Virus record (IMG/VR): IMGVR_UViG_3300005573_000062
Coordinates: 1-64,000 of that record
Direction: 5' to 3' (one strand)
Length of the DNA stretch: 64,000 nt
Origin: a virus
The notes beneath the pieces were generated by a model. It ran no database searches. It saw nothing but the letters and a program-made list of their open reading frames with translations, and had not been told where the DNA came from. How positions within the stretch are numbered: the first letter of the stretch is position 1; every line of letters starts with the position of its first letter. Of the stretch, positions 60,520-64,000 are shown piece after piece. The position numbers and the translations under genes were made by a program.

Positions 60520-61000
60520 TTTACATACTCCTAGGATTAACCCGTCACACCCAGATTAATTTTTGTTTTAAATTAATATTCTTTTATTATTTTTAAGTTT
60601 TATCTTAACCGGACATAATTCTTCAAATTGAGGACTAATCGCGCGTCGCCCGAAAAATCGCGGGGTTCAAAAGTGTCAAAAGGCCGTACACTCACAACCT
60701 TAGTTGGTTGTGAGTGGGAGGCTCGAATAGGAAGTGCCTTTTTTTTAAGGCAGTATCCAGGCTAAAGTAGGGGTATTTTAGTTAGATATATATTATATAA
60801 TATAGATTAGATATTTATTTATTATTACTATTATTATTGATATATTTTTTTATATCAGTAGTATTTATATATTTATCTATATTAATAATAGAAATACTTT
60901 TTTTATTATGTTTATCTTTAATATTTCTATTAACGCGTACACGCGTATAATATATATTAGGGAGGTTTCCGAGTGAAAAACTCGGAGAAATGAAGACAGA
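60520..61000. other. Candidate replication origin or packaging region
   Basis: Hairpins at 60689-60716 and 60968-60986 flank an extremely AT-rich core containing ACGCGT-AC-ACGCGT (60933-60946). Confidence 0.4.
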
Positions 61001-61495
61001 TGATTGGGTTTTCATGTAGTTCAGGTATCCTTTTGATCCAGCAAGTTGATTTATGTTTGTTTTGATCGAGTATTTTCTGTTCATTTCAGTTCTCTACTTT
61101 TGATTTTTTTGAGAAGATTGTATTGGGTCTCCGATTACTAGACTGGGGGTCAAGATTCCAGATCTTGGCTAGTCGTCTAGGAAGAATCATAGGGGTATTA
61201 ACTTTGATTCGTTTAACTTCACGCAATAAGCGCTCTTCGAGATAACCGTAATCCTCGGCCACGGAATAAAACCACGCTTCCTGGGTATTAGCCGTTATCA
61301 TGAAATGCAATCTATCTGGGTTTTACACCTTTATCCTGCTTTTTGAGCAGTTGCCCAACAACTCGGGTTTTGGATTATAATTGGGAGAGTTCAGCATCCT
61401 AACTTCTTGATACCTATCCTCCTACAATTTTCTCAAAATTCTCTTTTCTGTACTTCCGGCGGAGAGAATTGAACCGTCTTAATTTTATAAGCAAT

Positions 61496-61524
61496 ATTAT
61501 ATTAAGATTTTAAAATTTATTCAA
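61496..61524 (-). promoter_or_regulatory. sigma70-like promoter firing toward the intergenic region
   Basis: Reverse complement TTGAAT-N17-TATAAT. Confidence 0.7.
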
Positions 61525-61622
61525 CGACATTTTAAAATAGTCCCAGGATTAACCGGGCACTGCAGGCTTAACTTTTTTATGTTCTATATATAAATTCATT
61601 AAATTGCTATTTTTCGCTTAGA

Positions 61623-61651
61623 TTGAATGATTTTAAATTCTTTTATATAAT
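61623..61651 (+). promoter_or_regulatory. sigma70-like promoter (near-leaderless HU-like gene)
   Basis: TTGAAT-N17-TATAAT, ATG 8 nt downstream. Confidence 0.75.
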
Positions 61652-61659
61652 AAACAAAA

Positions 61660-62064
61660 ATGAGCAAGTATTTCGGCTTAATAAATCCAAAAAGATATTA
61701 TCATCTTCTGGGTCTCAAGACTGGTCTTTCTGAAGAAAAGATACAGGAGATCTTCGAGGCTCTGGTTGATCTGATTGATCAGGAATTCAATACTTCAGGA
61801 TATGCATACATTCCAAAGATCGCATTGCTTCGAAGGAAGGTACGACACAAAAGAGTCATGAAGGCTGGGTATTACCCGAGTTTTAACGAGCCAGAGGTAG
61901 ATCCCGAGACCGGCGCACTTAGACCGAAAATGAAATATTTTGAGGAACGGGTATACCCAGAGCGGGTTAGAGTCTGGGTAAGATGGAGCAACCCTTTTAT
62001 TGCTAGGTTGGTTCCGAAGCCTAAAGGATATAAACATAATGCAAAACGACATCAAAATTGTTAA
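61660..62064 (+). CDS. HU/IHF-like DNA-binding protein
   Basis: KTGLS.......EALVDLI......G...IP.I..L..K.R..R...DPETG....PER.RV....S. Confidence 0.7.
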   Translation: MSKYFGLINPKRYYHLLGLKTGLSEEKIQEIFEALVDLIDQEFNTSGYAYIPKIALLRRKVRHKRVMKAGYYPSFNEPEVDPETGALRPKMKYFEERVYPERVRVWVRWSNPFIARLVPKPKGYKHNAKRHQNC

Positions 62065-63478
62065 AATGTCAATTAAGGACAAGGTATATATTGATATCCG
62101 GGAGAACCGTGAATTGTACAACACTCTTAGTGTTCTCGGGATCTCTCCTAACCCTCTTTTCTATCTACGAAAAAAAATAGCTTCGCTAGCTAATGAACCT
62201 CAATACCTTTTCTCAGTAATGTCGAACCCTGAACAAACTTTTTTGGCTTTCTATCGAGGATTGCTTCCTAGAATAATAGAAACTCTGCAAGAAAGAAATA
62301 TTCCGTTTGAAATACTGGATTACCGGGTAAAAGGAGAGTCTATCAACATCTTTATTAAACCTTCTGTCAATCTTTTCGACTATCAAAGCAGAGCATTAGA
62401 GAAACTATCTAAATTAGAAAATGCAATTCTTGTATCTGAATGCGGTTCAGGAAAAACAGTAATGGGAGTAGCTTTAATAAGCACATTTAAAGTATCAACC
62501 TTAATTATTGTGCCAACTCTTCAAATTCAACAACAATGGAAAACTTCGCTGATAAAAATGACGGATATAAAAAGAAAAGATATAGGGATGATAGGACAGG
62601 GGATATCTAATCTTTCTAAAATAACTATTTCTACTTATCAAAGTTTGGAAAGGATGGAACCGAAGCAATTAGAAGAATTAAATGCTAAATTTGGATGCTT
62701 GATTGTAGACGAGGCCCATCGGGTATCTGCCAGGATTCTTTGTGAAGTAGCTAACAAATCTCCTGCTTTCTATCGTTTTGGATTTACTGCAACGCCACAA
62801 AGAAAAGATCAAAAAGACATACTTATATTTAATTCAATCAGCCATAATATTATCGACGTTAAATCTGAAGAACTACAAAAAGCAGGACGTCTAATTATTC
62901 CTTCTGTCAGATTTGTTAAAATAAATACAGGAATCCAGATTACTGAGTGTTATCGTTGGAATGGAGCTGAGAAGGTTGTTGAGAAAGATTGGACTACTTT
63001 ATTTACTAGACTGACCGAGTCTACAACTAGAACAAACATTATTTTGGACAATATAGAAAAAACAGTTTTAGAAAATCACATATGTTTAGTATTAACGAAT
63101 CGTAAAGCTTATTGCGAATATTTATCTAGAAAGTTAAATGAAAGAGGAATATCTTCAAATTACATAAATGGGCACATTGCAAAAAGCGATCGAGAAGCAA
63201 TTTTAAAGAATATGGGATCTAAAATAAAAGTTTTATTTTCTACATACCAATTGGCGAGTGAAGGGCTGGATGTTCCAATTCTTTCTTGCCTGCATCTTAT
63301 TTCGCCAACTTCCAACGAGAACTTAGTCAAACAGGCATCAGGGAGAGTTCGTAGAGCAATCGAAGGCAAGAAAGCTTTAATAATAGATTATGTAGATGAG
63401 GATAGCAAAGAATTATTTAATATGTATAAGCTCAGACGACGTTATTACAAAAAATTTGGATTTGTCATTGAAAATTAA
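62039..63478 (+). CDS. Superfamily 2 (DEAH) helicase, XPB/UvsW-like
   Basis: LFDYQ, CGSGKT, DEAH, TATP.RKD, EGLDVP, QASGRVRR; start uncertain. Confidence 0.9.
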   Translation: MQNDIKIVKMSIKDKVYIDIRENRELYNTLSVLGISPNPLFYLRKKIASLANEPQYLFSVMSNPEQTFLAFYRGLLPRIIETLQERNIPFEILDYRVKGESINIFIKPSVNLFDYQSRALEKLSKLENAILVSECGSGKTVMGVALISTFKVSTLIIVPTLQIQQQWKTSLIKMTDIKRKDIGMIGQGISNLSKITISTYQSLERMEPKQLEELNAKFGCLIVDEAHRVSARILCEVANKSPAFYRFGFTATPQRKDQKDILIFNSISHNIIDVKSEELQKAGRLIIPSVRFVKINTGIQITECYRWNGAEKVVEKDWTTLFTRLTESTTRTNIILDNIEKTVLENHICLVLTNRKAYCEYLSRKLNERGISSNYINGHIAKSDREAILKNMGSKIKVLFSTYQLASEGLDVPILSCLHLISPTSNENLVKQASGRVRRAIEGKKALIIDYVDEDSKELFNMYKLRRRYYKKFGFVIEN

Positions 63479-63496
63479 TTGAAATTCATATATAAT
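63468..63496 (+). promoter_or_regulatory. sigma70-like promoter
   Basis: TTGAAA-N17-TATAAT. Confidence 0.7.
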
Positions 63497-63518
63497 ATCA
63501 AAGATAGTAGGAGGTTCA

Positions 63519-63767
63519 ATGGATGTAACGATAATAAAACATGGGGTTCCAATAAAAATAGAAGTAACGGAGAAAGAGTATCTAGACATATTGAGAAAGT
63601 GGATCAGTCTTGTGATATACAATATCAATAATATTCTAAGTCTTATCCCTGTGGATTGGTCTCCTGAACTAAGATCAGAAATAATAAGTAAAGCTATTAA
63701 ACCGTTTCACTATTTTTTACAAGAGGAATTAGAGAGACAATATGACGTCAACAAAACACTTCTTTGA
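63519..63767 (+). CDS. Hypothetical protein
   Basis: AGGAGGT RBS. Confidence 0.65.
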   Translation: MDVTIIKHGVPIKIEVTEKEYLDILRKWISLVIYNINNILSLIPVDWSPELRSEIISKAIKPFHYFLQEELERQYDVNKTLL

Positions 63768-64000
63768 TTTACGTTCAGTCAGAAAAATCAACGTCAATGA
63801 AAAAGTCATTGAATGTGAAGTTGAATGTGAAAAATGCCAGTATTTAAAATTATGCAATGAAATTTCTACTGAAAAATTTCAATATAAATTATTTTCTAAA
63901 ACATTTGGAAGTTACTTGATTAAAAATAACGTCATATTTCCTGTTATTAAAGAAGATCAGAAAACAACTGAATTGATGTATAAAATGTTATTAAAAATTT
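63742..64000 (+). CDS. Partial hypothetical protein (runs off window)
   Basis: Open frame MTSTKHFFDLRSV...CEVECEKCQYLKLC... Confidence 0.5.
   Translation, partial: MTSTKHFFDLRSVRKINVNEKVIECEVECEKCQYLKLCNEISTEKFQYKLFSKTFGSYLIKNNVIFPVIKEDQKTTELMYKMLLKI

Noticed and set aside
60815-61084. 89-aa minus-strand ORF as a real gene
   Set aside because: Low-complexity N/I/K translation of the AT-rich tract; cannot be supported, though not excluded
8590-63628. Many short antisense or alternate-frame ORFs in the track
   Set aside because: Shadows of long + strand genes, with no RBS or motifs
1-64000. CRISPR arrays, tRNA/rRNA genes, integrase
   Set aside because: None recognised by eye; tRNAscan and Infernal were not run
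1-64000. Stop-codon reassignment
   Set aside because: Standard code gives intact, densely packed genes that end in TAA, TGA and TAG
1-64000. Archaeal virus, or a non-viral contractile injection system
   Set aside because: Peptidoglycan amidase and -35/-10 promoters indicate a bacterial host; terminase, portal and capsid genes indicate a true phage

Overview
AT-rich (visually ~28-30% GC) segment of a large tailed bacteriophage with a contractile tail. Almost all genes are on the + strand. Layout: (i) 1-7.8 kb accessory/metabolic genes (5'(3')-nucleotidase, Amidase_2 lysin, SDR epimerases, UPF0489-like, orphan NrdJ TSCPD domain); (ii) 7.9-20.6 kb late-promoter block of probable head-associated proteins, including a dTMP kinase-pyrophosphatase fusion and a 940-aa ligase/HD-like/ferritin-like/LigD-type primase-polymerase polyprotein; (iii) 20.7-30.3 kb terminase, portal, MuF-like, protease-scaffold, cement and HK97-fold major capsid, which from recall resembles the mycobacteriophage Bxz1 type; (iv) a repeat-array Vsr-type endonuclease moron; (v) 32.9-60.5 kb neck, sheath, tube, frameshifting chaperone, tape measure, baseplate, two fibre/adhesin cassettes and a subtilase; (vi) 60.5-64 kb structured intergenic region (candidate origin), HU-like protein and SF2 helicase. 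Two promoter classes are visible: sigma70-like ATTGAAY-N17-TATAAT and a putative late motif TATAAAATTGCTTTT. Best candidate novel system: a protease-processed, head-packaged DNA-repair and nucleotide kit marked by recurring K-x-A leader and linker motifs. All family calls come from motif recognition by eye; no searches were run.
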